Source of the DNA: Trichormus sp. ATA11-4-KO1
GTDB lineage: Bacteria > Cyanobacteriota > Cyanobacteriia > Cyanobacteriales > Nostocaceae
Assembly (NCBI GenBank): GCA_019358915.1
Contig: JAHHIM010000025.1
Span: 8,377 to 72,376 of the forward strand
Length of the DNA: 64,000 nucleotides
Direction: 5' to 3'
Position 1 is the first letter of the stretch. Every line of letters begins with the position of its first letter. This document shows positions 39,132 through 49,231 of this stretch, one piece after another. The notes under the pieces are model-generated. The model made no database searches, had not been told where the DNA came from, and worked only from the letters and a program-made list of their open reading frames with translations. The position numbers and the translations under genes were made by a program.

Positions 39132-42100
39132 GTGGGTAGGTGGCACAGATATCATCGATTTAAATCTGTGAACTTTTTTAGCAAACAAGTGTTGTTGCCA
39201 CTTTTAGTGGGAATTTTCGTCTCAATTGCAGTGATTATACTATGGCAAAGACTACTAATTGAAGAGCAGAGCAACATTGAACAACTTGTACAACAACAAG
39301 CGATCGCCCTGCAAACAGAATTGACTAACGAACTCAAAACGCGCATTTTAGCATTGGAGCGCATGGAAAAACGCTGGCAAATGCGTGGCGGAACTCCTCG
39401 CGCAGAATGGGAAGCAGATGCAGCAGCTCAAGTAAAAGACTTTAGAGGATATCGAGCCATTGAATGGGTTGACCCATCATTTCGGGTACGTTGGATTGTA
39501 CCTTTGGAGGGAAATGAAACCGCCCAAAATCTTGATCTCAGCCAGGAAGCACGGCGACGGGAAGCATTAGAAACAGCGCACGATCGCCATCAAATTACTT
39601 TTAGTCGTACAGTTAATCTTGTCCAAGGTGGCAAGGGATTGTTAGCATACGTACCTCTGCTGAAAAAAAATCAGTTCGATGGATTTATCTTAGGAGTTTT
39701 TCAGATTCAACCCCTGCTGGATTCACTTGTCCATTTACCATTGGGTTACAAAGTGAGAGTCTTTGACGGTCAGGAGTTGATTTACAGTCATGATTCACCA
39801 CTTCTAGCACCACCATCTTCTTGGCAGCAAGATGTAAAAATCGACTTGTATGGAATCAACTGGCGTGTGCAAGTTTACCCCACTCCAGAGTTATTAAAAA
39901 ACTTGCGATCGCCTCTACCAACAGTTGTCTTGATTGCTGGATTATTACTAGCTGGAACACTAACTTTATTAATCTATTTTGCTCAAGCTACTAAATTGAG
40001 TAGCTGTCAAATAACAGCATTCAATCAAGAACTAGCTCACAGAATCTTTGAACAAAGACAGATAGAAATCGCCCTCGCGGAGCGCGAAACTCGTCTGCGG
40101 CAGTTATTAGAAACCGTTAAAGTGATCCCCTGGGAATTAGACTGGAAAACCTGGCGATTTACTTATGTCGGGCCGCAAGCAGAAGTATTACTGGATTATC
40201 CCATCAATGAATGGTATCAAGAAAATTTTTGGATTAGTCATCTGCATCCGCAAGACCGAGAAAAGTCTTTGCATTTTTGCCAGGAAGCAATCACTAGGGG
40301 CGAAAATCACGAATTTGAATACCGCATGTTAGCAGCCGACGGGCGAGTTGTTTGGCTGCGAGACATTGTAAATGTAGTTCAGGAAGCTGGATATCCTACT
40401 ATTTTACGGGGATTCATGTTTGATATTACCGACCTGAAACTAGTAGAAGAAACCTTGAGATTGCGAGAACGGGCACTTGCAGCCACCAGCAATGGAATTG
40501 TGATTGCCGATGCCAGACTTCCCAATAATCCAGTGATTTACGTCAATGCAGCCTTTGAGCAAATCACAGGCTACAGCGCCACTGATGTCATCGGGCATAA
40601 CTGTCGATTTTTACAAGGCCAAGATATCCAGCAATCAGCAATTGATGAATTGCGTTCATCTCTGCAAGCTGGAACCAGTTGTAAAGTGATTCTCCGCAAC
40701 TACCGTAAAGATGGCACTTGTTTCTGGAATGAATTGAGTATCTCACCTATCCATAATGAAAACGGACAATTAACTCATTTTGTGGGAGTGCAAAATGATA
40801 TTAGCGAACGGCAAGCCGCGCTACGCGAACTCCAAAAAGCAGAAGCAGCCCTCAGAGAACAAGAAGAACGCTTGCAACTAGTGATTGAAGGCAACCAAGA
40901 TGCGATTTGGGATTGGAATATAATTACAAATCAAACTTTTCGTTCTGCCAAGTGGGCTGAACTTGTAGGGGAACCAGAACATCAATTCATCAGTAGTAAT
41001 GAGGATTGGGTGAGCCGGATTCATGCCGATGATTATGACCGGGTAATGATGACTAGGCAAGATTATCTCAGTCAAAAAATCCCCAATTATGTGATTGAGT
41101 ATCGCCTGCGCTGTAATGATGGCAATTATAAGTGGGTGCTGGTACATGGCACAGCTCAATGGGATCAACAGGGTAATCCAGTCAGGATGGTTGGCTCAAC
41201 TAAAGATATTACTGAACGCGTGCAAACACAAGATGCACTCAAGCGCCAATTTAATCGGACGCTGCTGCTGGAACAAATCACGCAGAAAATTCGTCAGAGC
41301 CTCGATACCCAAGGCATTTTAGAGACGGCTGCCATTCAAATTGGTAAAGCCTTTGGAGTGCATCGCTGTCTAATTCACTCTTATATTAATGACCCTATTC
41401 CCCGCATCCCTGTAGTAGCACAGTACGTAGTCTTGGGTTACCCCTCCATGCTGAACGTAGAAATTCCCATCATTGGTAATCCTCATACTGAACTGATGAT
41501 ATCCCAGGATCAGGCGATCGCCTCCCCAGATGTCTACGTTGATCCTTTAATGCAAACAACCGCACCCATCTGCCAAGAGATGGGGTTAAAGTCGATGCTG
41601 TCGGTTCGTACCTCTTATCAAGGAGAACCGAATGGAGCCATTTGCTTACACCAGTGCAGTTATTTTCGCGAGTGGATTCCAGACGAAATTGAATTATTAG
41701 AGGCAGTTGCTGTGCGACTAGGCATTGCTTTAGCCCAGGCTCACTTGCTAGAGCAAGAAACCCGCCAACGTGAAGAACTCACCGTGAAAAACTTCGCTCT
41801 GGAACAGGCAAAACGTCAGGCAGAAACTGCAAATCGCGCCAAAAGCGAGTTTTTGGCGATGATGAGTCATGAAATTCGTACTCCCATGAACGCTGTAATC
41901 GGGATGACAGGGCTGCTGCTAGATACGGATCTGACTGCCCAACAGCAAGACTTTGTAGAAACAATTCGCAGTAGTGGAGATGCCTTACTGACCATCATCA
42001 ACGACATTTTGGATTTCTCCAAAATTGAATCGGGCAAATTGGAACTGGAAGAAAAACCTTTTGATTTGAGAGCTTGTATAGAGAAAGTCATTGACCTCTT

Positions 42101-43805
42101 AGCCCCAAAAGCATCGGAAAAAAATATTGAACTAGCTTATTTAATCAAGCCTCAGGTGCCGGCGCAGATTATGGGCGATTTAACTCGTCTACGCCAAGTC
42201 TTAATGAATCTTCTCAACAATGCCATTAAGTTTACCCAACAAGGAGAAGTGATACTCTGTGTTGAGGCTAGGCAACTGACAAGCAAAAAAAACAACAACG
42301 TCTACAAAATTCTATTTACCATCAAAGACACAGGCATTGGCATCGCCCCAGAAAAGATGAAACACTTATTCCAACCTTTTGCGCAGGCAGATGCCTCCAT
42401 GAATCGGCGATATGGAGGCACAGGACTGGGGTTAGTTATTAGCAAAAGGTTAAGTGAAATGATGGGCGGCACTATTTGGGTAGAAAGCCAAGGCTATGTG
42501 GGTGGTAATCCCCGTTCTGGATGGCGCGCATCCAATCATTCTGCCCCAGGTTCCACCTTCTACTTCACAATTACTACCCAAGTAGTTGCTAATTCAGGTT
42601 CAGATGCGTTGCGCACCTCACCAGATGGGCTGGTTGGTAAGCGGTTGTTGATTGTGGATGATCATCCCAGCAACCGCAAAATTCTCAGCTTGCAAGCAGA
42701 GTCTTGGAAGATGCAGGCTACAGCAGCTAAATCTGGTCAGGAAGCTTTAGCTGAACTTGCCAAGGGAATACAGTTTGATATTGCCATTCTGGATATGCAG
42801 ATGCCTGATATGGATGGACTAACCCTAGCAAATGAGATTCGCCAGCAATTGGGCTGTCAGCACATGCCCTTAGTGATTCTCACTTCTGTGGGTAAATCGG
42901 AAATTTACGCTCAATTGAGTAATTTGCCATTTATTGCCTGTTTGACTAAACCCGTCAAACAGTCACAGCTATATAATGTCTTGACCTCTGTTTTGAGTAA
43001 TCAGCCGATTAAAGCTAGCATCTCTCATCGTCATGCTCCTGATTTGTCGCTGCATCTAGCAAAGCAACTGCCTTTACGAATTCTTTTGGCAGAGGACACA
43101 GTAGTAAATCAAAAAGTTGCCCTACTCATGCTAAAAAAAATTGGTTATCGGGCAGATGTAGCAGCCAATGGGCTAGAAGTACTCAAAGCATTGCAACGCC
43201 AGCCTTATGATGTAGTGCTAATGGATGTGCAAATGCCAGAAATGGATGGACTAGAAGCAAGTCAGAAAATCTGTGAGCAATGGCAAGCTAGTTCTCGCCC
43301 TTATATTATCGCTATGACTGCCAATGCCATGCGGGGCGATCGCGAAATTTGTTTGGCGGCTGGGATGGACGATTACATCAGCAAACCAGTTCAGATCGAA
43401 GATTTAGTCCAAGCACTCAGCAAATACCGACCTAGAGTAAATTCTCAATTCACAGTAATTGATGCCAAAATTTTGCAATCTTTGCGGGATATGCTGGCAG
43501 GAGATCAGTCGGCATTTGGGGAACTGCTCAATTGTTATTTAGCAGAAACTCCCAAGCTCATACAAGATATTGGCGCATCTGTAACAACTCAAGATGCTCA
43601 GGCTTTATGGCAGACAGCCCACAAACTCAAGTCCAGCAGTGGCTCTGTCGGGGCCACAATCCTCGCGCAACTTTGTAAGCAGCTAGAAGTTAAGGGACGA
43701 AGTCACAACTTAGCAGGAATTGGAGAAATATTTTCACAACTTGCTCAGGAATATGAGCTAGTTAAAACTGCTTTGCAAATAGAACTAGAGAAGGAGGCAG
43801 ATTGA
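39132..43805 (+). CDS. Hybrid sensor kinase: CHASE-PAS-LOV-PAS-GAF-HisKA-HATPase-REC-REC-HPt
   Basis: Two TM helices flanking a CHASE-like region, GHNCRFLQG LOV motif, MSHEIRTPMN, GGTGLGL, two receivers (LDMQMP, MDVQMP) and HPt AHKLKSSS. Confidence 0.93.
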   Translation: MGRWHRYHRFKSVNFFSKQVLLPLLVGIFVSIAVIILWQRLLIEEQSNIEQLVQQQAIALQTELTNELKTRILALERMEKRWQMRGGTPRAEWEADAAAQVKDFRGYRAIEWVDPSFRVRWIVPLEGNETAQNLDLSQEARRREALETAHDRHQITFSRTVNLVQGGKGLLAYVPLLKKNQFDGFILGVFQIQPLLDSLVHLPLGYKVRVFDGQELIYSHDSPLLAPPSSWQQDVKIDLYGINWRVQVYPTPELLKNLRSPLPTVVLIAGLLLAGTLTLLIYFAQATKLSSCQITAFNQELAHRIFEQRQIEIALAERETRLRQLLETVKVIPWELDWKTWRFTYVGPQAEVLLDYPINEWYQENFWISHLHPQDREKSLHFCQEAITRGENHEFEYRMLAADGRVVWLRDIVNVVQEAGYPTILRGFMFDITDLKLVEETLRLRERALAATSNGIVIADARLPNNPVIYVNAAFEQITGYSATDVIGHNCRFLQGQDIQQSAIDELRSSLQAGTSCKVILRNYRKDGTCFWNELSISPIHNENGQLTHFVGVQNDISERQAALRELQKAEAALREQEERLQLVIEGNQDAIWDWNIITNQTFRSAKWAELVGEPEHQFISSNEDWVSRIHADDYDRVMMTRQDYLSQKIPNYVIEYRLRCNDGNYKWVLVHGTAQWDQQGNPVRMVGSTKDITERVQTQDALKRQFNRTLLLEQITQKIRQSLDTQGILETAAIQIGKAFGVHRCLIHSYINDPIPRIPVVAQYVVLGYPSMLNVEIPIIGNPHTELMISQDQAIASPDVYVDPLMQTTAPICQEMGLKSMLSVRTSYQGEPNGAICLHQCSYFREWIPDEIELLEAVAVRLGIALAQAHLLEQETRQREELTVKNFALEQAKRQAETANRAKSEFLAMMSHEIRTPMNAVIGMTGLLLDTDLTAQQQDFVETIRSSGDALLTIINDILDFSKIESGKLELEEKPFDLRACIEKVIDLLAPKASEKNIELAYLIKPQVPAQIMGDLTRLRQVLMNLLNNAIKFTQQGEVILCVEARQLTSKKNNNVYKILFTIKDTGIGIAPEKMKHLFQPFAQADASMNRRYGGTGLGLVISKRLSEMMGGTIWVESQGYVGGNPRSGWRASNHSAPGSTFYFTITTQVVANSGSDALRTSPDGLVGKRLLIVDDHPSNRKILSLQAESWKMQATAAKSGQEALAELAKGIQFDIAILDMQMPDMDGLTLANEIRQQLGCQHMPLVILTSVGKSEIYAQLSNLPFIACLTKPVKQSQLYNVLTSVLSNQPIKASISHRHAPDLSLHLAKQLPLRILLAEDTVVNQKVALLMLKKIGYRADVAANGLEVLKALQRQPYDVVLMDVQMPEMDGLEASQKICEQWQASSRPYIIAMTANAMRGDREICLAAGMDDYISKPVQIEDLVQALSKYRPRVNSQFTVIDAKILQSLRDMLAGDQSAFGELLNCYLAETPKLIQDIGASVTTQDAQALWQTAHKLKSSSGSVGATILAQLCKQLEVKGRSHNLAGIGEIFSQLAQEYELVKTALQIELEKEAD

Positions 43806-44749
43806 AAGCAGACCAATTTTTAGTTCTAATTGTTGATGATGAACAATTTACTAGGATGCAGTTGCGACTTGCTCTCGAAAGGGAAGATTATCAAACAGCA
43901 GAAGCTGAAAATGGCAGAGAAGCTTTAAATGCTTGTCAGCAACTGCACCCCGATATTGTCCTCCTTGACGCAATCATGCCTGATATGGATGGATTCGAGT
44001 GTTGCACTCGACTGCAAGCTCTAGACTGTTGTCAGCACACTCCAGTTTTGATGATTACAGGACTTGATGATCAAGAATCAGTTGACCGGGCATTTGAAGT
44101 GGGTGCCATAGATTTTGTCACCAAACCAATTCACTGGCCTGTTTTGCGCCAACGGGTAAGACGCTTGATTCAGCAATCCCAAATTCAGCGACAGTTAGAA
44201 GCAGCTAACCGAGAATTGCAGAGATTGGTGACTATTGATGGATTAACTCAAGTAGCTAACCGCCGCCGCTTTGAAGAGTATTTTTTCCAAGAGTGGCAGC
44301 GAATGGCACGAGAGCAAATGCCTATTTCTTTGATTCTTTGCGATGTCGATTTCTTCAAATTTTACAACGATACCTACGGTCATCAGGCAGGCGATCGCTG
44401 TCTGCAAGAGGTGGCCATAGCGATTAAAAATACTGTGAAACGTCCTGCGGATTTAGTAGCCCGTTATGGAGGTGAAGAATTTGCTGTAATTTTACCCAAA
44501 ACCGATATGGAAGGAGCTATTCTCATTGCTGAAACTATTTGCTCTGTTGTCAGGAAATTAGCATTCCCTCATATTAATTCTCAAGTTAGTTCTTATGTCA
44601 CAATCAGTGCCGGGGTAGCTACAGAAATTCCCCAGCCTGGCTCTGACTTGCAAGCCATAATTGCTATGGCTGATCAAGCATTATATCAGGCAAAAACTGA
44701 AGGACGCGATCGCGTTAAATTCATGCCATTAAAAAGTGCTGAGTGCTGA
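43802..44749 (+). CDS. Response regulator diguanylate cyclase (REC-GGDEF, PleD-like)
   Basis: IVDDE, LLDAIMP, DGLTQVANRR, DVDFFK, RPAD I-site and ARYGGEEF; 4-bp overlap with the kinase. Confidence 0.93.
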   Translation: MKADQFLVLIVDDEQFTRMQLRLALEREDYQTAEAENGREALNACQQLHPDIVLLDAIMPDMDGFECCTRLQALDCCQHTPVLMITGLDDQESVDRAFEVGAIDFVTKPIHWPVLRQRVRRLIQQSQIQRQLEAANRELQRLVTIDGLTQVANRRRFEEYFFQEWQRMAREQMPISLILCDVDFFKFYNDTYGHQAGDRCLQEVAIAIKNTVKRPADLVARYGGEEFAVILPKTDMEGAILIAETICSVVRKLAFPHINSQVSSYVTISAGVATEIPQPGSDLQAIIAMADQALYQAKTEGRDRVKFMPLKSAEC

Positions 44750-44757
44750 GTGCTGAG

Positions 44758-44802
44758 GAGCCAGTGCGTTGGGCGGCTTTGCCGACTTGTAGCATCTGGC
44801 GT
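44758..44802. repeat. Small hairpin-forming dispersed repeat inserted in a (TGCTGAG)n array
   Basis: gagccagtgcgttgggcggctttgccgacttgtagcatctggcgt, flanked by tgctgag on both sides. Confidence 0.7.
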
Positions 44803-44819
44803 TGCTGAGTCAGGAATTA

Positions 44820-45833
44820 TTATTTATCCTGCTCCCCTGCATAAACTGCACCCATACTATGATCGGGATGAATTTCTATTACTAAATCAACAGATGAAGG
44901 CGATTTAACTAACGGCTGGATGAATAATTCTGGGTGGAGCGATCGCCAAAAATAATTGACAAATTCTTCTATTTGTGTATCATTCATTCCTGATTTACCA
45001 GCAGCGATCATCTGTTGTTCTGCTTGTTTACGCCATGCCAAAGAATAACGGTAATCAATGGGATATAGCACAAATAAGCTGTCTAATCGCTCCCACAAGG
45101 GCAAATAATTTTTTAGCTGATGATTCATATCACGGGCAAATGCTTGATCCTCATCTGTGAGAATTGGTGGCGGGGCATGATCAAATACATCGGGATTAAT
45201 AGGTCGCACGCCGACAAACCAACCTTCAAATAAAACAATATCAACACCATTGACAATTTCTGGAGTAGTGCGATCGCCTGCACCGTTGTATGCAGATTTA
45301 TCAAAGCGGGGAATACTAAATGGACTGTTGCCCTGACGAATTTGATCTAGTAGATTGAATCCTATATCTAGATCGTGGGTTCCTGGTGGGCCACGCCAAA
45401 TTAAACGGGGATCTTGCTGTTTTAAAGCCAAGCGATCGCTATAAGTTTTATACAAATCATCTAAGGATAAACACAGGGTACGATATCCCAACTGCTGGAG
45501 AATGAGACTAAGAGCCTGGGACATGGTGGTTTTACCTGTACCTTGACTTCCTAAAATTCCCTGAATCAAGGGACGCTCCAACTGTTGGCGATGCGATGCA
45601 AGTTTAATCCCCAGAGGTAACCACAAGTCCCACAACACACCTAACATGGCTTGAGGTGAAAGTTGCAGCTTGGTTTGGCAGAATCGGCTAAAACTTGGTA
45701 GTACAGATTTAAATAAACGCGATCGCGCTTGGATGATTTCATCGACATTTTCCGGTGTGATGCCAAAAGCTTTTGCTCTTAAGGTATCTGCTAGGGCTGC
45801 TTTTCTTGCTTCTGCATCATTTAGCCAATGCAT
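44820..45833 (-). CDS. D-glycerate 3-kinase (plant GLYK type)
   Basis: GILGSQGTGKTT, SLDDLY, RGPPGTHD, PRFDKS..G.GDR, LFEGWFVG. Confidence 0.88.
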   Translation of the reverse strand: MHWLNDAEARKAALADTLRAKAFGITPENVDEIIQARSRLFKSVLPSFSRFCQTKLQLSPQAMLGVLWDLWLPLGIKLASHRQQLERPLIQGILGSQGTGKTTMSQALSLILQQLGYRTLCLSLDDLYKTYSDRLALKQQDPRLIWRGPPGTHDLDIGFNLLDQIRQGNSPFSIPRFDKSAYNGAGDRTTPEIVNGVDIVLFEGWFVGVRPINPDVFDHAPPPILTDEDQAFARDMNHQLKNYLPLWERLDSLFVLYPIDYRYSLAWRKQAEQQMIAAGKSGMNDTQIEEFVNYFWRSLHPELFIQPLVKSPSSVDLVIEIHPDHSMGAVYAGEQDK

Positions 45834-45925
45834 CCAACACCTCTAATGAGTACAAACGTTTTTGCGATCACCCAATGAATCAATTCAAAATTCAAAATAA
45901 AAACGGTTACACCAGATTCTGCGTA

Positions 45926-46729
45926 TTAGCGGGGTTGGGGTTGCTCAAAAGCATAGATATCTTGAATAACTTGTACCCAACCATCAGATACAGATTCGAG
46001 GATGCGATCGCCTTTTTCTTTAGTTGCAGTTGTCGCATCACCAATCACTCCACTTTTACTAACATCCCGCGTTACCCAAGCCACAGGGAGTTTACCTTCC
46101 AAACTTAGTAAACTACTTTGTGATTGTTCTGGCGGATACTCAGCAACAGCTTGATCCAGCTTTACCTGTTCTGGCAAAATCGCCAACATAATGCTAGTTT
46201 CTGCATCTCCGGCGTGCATTCCCAATGCGGCTTCCTTCGGAGATAATAATTCTTTAGTAATATGAGGCACACGCCAAGTAAACAAAGGAAACACCAAAAA
46301 ATCATCATACTCGACATGCAAATCCCGCGCTGCCATTTGCATAACTTGGGGTTGTCCACCGTGGGAGTTCATCAACACCAGTTTTTTAAACCCAGCACGG
46401 TAAATACTTGCCCCCACTTCCATAATAGTTGCGGTCAGGGTTTCCGTACTCAAAGTAATTGTACCGGGAAAATGCCAATGCTCGTTAGATTTACCATAAT
46501 AAAGAGGGGGTAGAGCATAGGCGGGAATGCTAGCATCCAGTTTTTTCAGGGCTTCTCCCAAGACTCCCATACCGATCGCAGCATCGACAATCAGTGGCAA
46601 ATGGGGGCCATGTTGTTCAATTGCCCCTACTGGTTGGATGATTACCACATTTTCCTTATTTGGCATAGCCTGGACATCAGTCCAAGTCAGGTAAGGAAAA
46701 AAGCGTTCTGGGGGAATAAAGCTGTGCAT
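45926..46729 (-). CDS. Creatininase-family amidohydrolase
   Basis: GAIEQHGPHLP, SNEH, FPGTI, NSHGGQ, HAGDAETS. Confidence 0.93.
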   Translation of the reverse strand: MHSFIPPERFFPYLTWTDVQAMPNKENVVIIQPVGAIEQHGPHLPLIVDAAIGMGVLGEALKKLDASIPAYALPPLYYGKSNEHWHFPGTITLSTETLTATIMEVGASIYRAGFKKLVLMNSHGGQPQVMQMAARDLHVEYDDFLVFPLFTWRVPHITKELLSPKEAALGMHAGDAETSIMLAILPEQVKLDQAVAEYPPEQSQSSLLSLEGKLPVAWVTRDVSKSGVIGDATTATKEKGDRILESVSDGWVQVIQDIYAFEQPQPR

Positions 46730-47095
46730 CTTACTACTATCGCGTCATTTTTATGTTACCGGATGGGGGAATGAGGCAGGGGAGCAGAGGGGAAAAGAAC
46801 AAAAATAGTGGTGTGGCTGAATGAAGGGATGATTCTTGTAGCGACTGTCTTAAAAGTCAAGAGATCGTAAGCGAAAAAAATCAATAAGAAAATCGGCATT
46901 CATACGCCAGGATGCAACGCCAATTTTTCAAATATATTCAACTTTGCAGACATCCCGCAAATATGCAATGCCAAGTGTCTTAATAGCGAGGTAGTGCAAG
47001 TGTGAAAATTTATACGAGACCACAGACGCGATCGCTTGCATGTTGCTAAATTAACAAAGAATATTAGAATCAAGCCAAGCTACTTGCAATAGATC

Positions 47096-49129
47096 ATGGT
47101 GTCTACTACTACCAGCTTCCCGGATGTGCAAAATCATTGGGCCCGCCTATTCATTGAAGCCTTAGCAACACGGCGCATTTTGAATGGCTATCCGAATGGC
47201 ACTTTTCGTCCAGATAACTCAGTTACTCGCGCTGAGTTTGCTGCCATCATTGGCGCAGTTTTTACGGGAACTCCCAAGCGGCAATATGTTCCTTTTGTTG
47301 ATGTACCGACTAATCACTGGGCGATAAGTGCCATTAAAAAAGTCTACGAAGCAGGATTTCTCATCGGCTATCCCGATGGGCGTTTCCGCCCCAATGACAG
47401 GATTTTTCGCGGCGATGTCTTTGTGGCCATAGTCAATGGTTTAGAAATTGCCACTCAGGTAAAACCTGACTTGCTAAGTGCGTTACCACAAATTTATCAA
47501 GATGCGGATAAAATCGCTGGTTATGCTAGAAACCAAGTCGCGATCGCTACTAGTACAGGTTTAGTAGCTAGTCACCCGAATGTAAAATTACTTAACCCAA
47601 CTGTAGCCGCAACTCGTGCTGAGGTGGCAGTAATTGTCTATCAAGCTTTAGTGTATCTGGGTCGAGCTGACAAGATTGCTTCTAACTACATCGTACTTCC
47701 GCCAAATACTACTCCCACACCAAAACCCACACAGCCTGGTAGCATTAGGCTAAATCATCAGCGAGAGTTCCGGGGAGCGTGGGTAACCACAGTCTGGAAT
47801 AGTGATTGGCCTGCCAAAGCCGGACTCCCGGCGGCGCAACAGCAAGCTGAATTTTTGGAAATTCTCAACCGCTTACAAACACTGAATTTCAATGCCCTAA
47901 TTTTACAGGTGCGACCAGAAGGAGATGCTTTGTATGCTTCCCAGTTAGAACCTTGGAGTGCTTGGCTAACAGGAACTCAAGGTAAAGCACCAGAACCATT
48001 TTACGATCCGTTAGAGTTTGCGATCGCTGAATGTCACAAGCGGAATCTTGAACTTCACGCTTGGTTCAACCCCTACCGCGCTAAAACTAGCATCAAAGCT
48101 GCGCCCAATGTTCGCCCCCACCTAGCCGTGATAAATCCCGAAGTAGTTTACCAATGGGGCAATCAACTATGGATGGACCCAGGAATTAAGATTGTTCAAG
48201 ACAGAGCTTACAACGTAATTATGGATGTTGTCCGGCGTTATGATGTCGATGCCATTCACTTAGATGATTATTTTTATCCTTATCCTATCCAGGGTCAGTC
48301 TTTCCCCGATGATAAAACTTACGCAGCTTATAGGGCATCTGGTGGTGGACTGGGCTTAGCTGACTGGCGGCGAGAAAATGTCAATCAAATGGTGCTACGT
48401 TTATTTCAGGGAATCAAAGCAACAAAGCCCCACGTGAAATTTGGTATTAGTCCTTTTGGCATTTATCGCCCAGGGCAACCACTAGGAATCATTGGCTTGG
48501 ATGCCTATAATGTACTTTATGCTGATGCTAAAAAATGGTTGGAGCAAGGTTGGATTGATTATATAGCTCCCCAACTCTATTGGCGCACCGATCAACCTGG
48601 ACAAAGTTACCCTGTATTGCTCAAATGGTGGACAGAAATTAATCCCCAGCAGCGACATATTTATGTAGGTAACAATATTAGTCAACTCGATGGCAAGGCA
48701 TGGAAAGATGAGGAAATTGACAAACAAGTCAAGATTACTCGCAACCTAGCAGGAAACTTGTCACTGGGGAATATCTTTTTCAGCATGAGTTCTATCAATC
48801 AAAATCGTCAGGGCATTTCTGACAGATTCCAAAATTCGCTTTATGCCAGTCCCGCCATAGTACCTACTATGTCATGGCAGAATGCAGCTGCACCACCATC
48901 ACCCAAAGAATTGCAAGTCAATAATCGCAGACTGAGTTGGCAACCTGGGGATCATCAGCCTGTTCGTTCCTGGACGTTATATCGGCAGACTGGGGATACA
49001 TGGATACTTCAGCGTGTTTTGTCTGCTGGTACAACTTTTGCCACTGTGCAACAAGCGGGAACCTATGCTGTATGCGCCGTTGATAGGTTGGCCAATGAGA
49101 GTGCGGGAATTATGATTAATGTGATTTGA
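47096..49129 (+). CDS. SLH-domain + GHL10 (family-10-like) glycoside hydrolase
   Basis: Three SLH repeats (GYPNGTFRP...TRAE), REFRGAW, LHAWFNPYRA, HLDDYFYPYP, YIAPQLYW. Confidence 0.92.
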   Translation: MVSTTTSFPDVQNHWARLFIEALATRRILNGYPNGTFRPDNSVTRAEFAAIIGAVFTGTPKRQYVPFVDVPTNHWAISAIKKVYEAGFLIGYPDGRFRPNDRIFRGDVFVAIVNGLEIATQVKPDLLSALPQIYQDADKIAGYARNQVAIATSTGLVASHPNVKLLNPTVAATRAEVAVIVYQALVYLGRADKIASNYIVLPPNTTPTPKPTQPGSIRLNHQREFRGAWVTTVWNSDWPAKAGLPAAQQQAEFLEILNRLQTLNFNALILQVRPEGDALYASQLEPWSAWLTGTQGKAPEPFYDPLEFAIAECHKRNLELHAWFNPYRAKTSIKAAPNVRPHLAVINPEVVYQWGNQLWMDPGIKIVQDRAYNVIMDVVRRYDVDAIHLDDYFYPYPIQGQSFPDDKTYAAYRASGGGLGLADWRRENVNQMVLRLFQGIKATKPHVKFGISPFGIYRPGQPLGIIGLDAYNVLYADAKKWLEQGWIDYIAPQLYWRTDQPGQSYPVLLKWWTEINPQQRHIYVGNNISQLDGKAWKDEEIDKQVKITRNLAGNLSLGNIFFSMSSINQNRQGISDRFQNSLYASPAIVPTMSWQNAAAPPSPKELQVNNRRLSWQPGDHQPVRSWTLYRQTGDTWILQRVLSAGTTFATVQQAGTYAVCAVDRLANESAGIMINVI

Positions 49130-49132
49130 GCA

Positions 49133-49191
49133 AAAGCGTCGCTTGCTAACTGCTGATGTTGGGTATATAGTCTTTGGCTAAGCGACGCTTT
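49133..49191. terminator. 12-bp inverted repeat between convergent genes
   Basis: aaagcgtcgctt ... aagcgacgcttt. Confidence 0.55.
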
Positions 49192-49231
49192 CAGTGTGAC
49201 AGGCTTGTTTGTTTCAGTGAGCAATTACATT

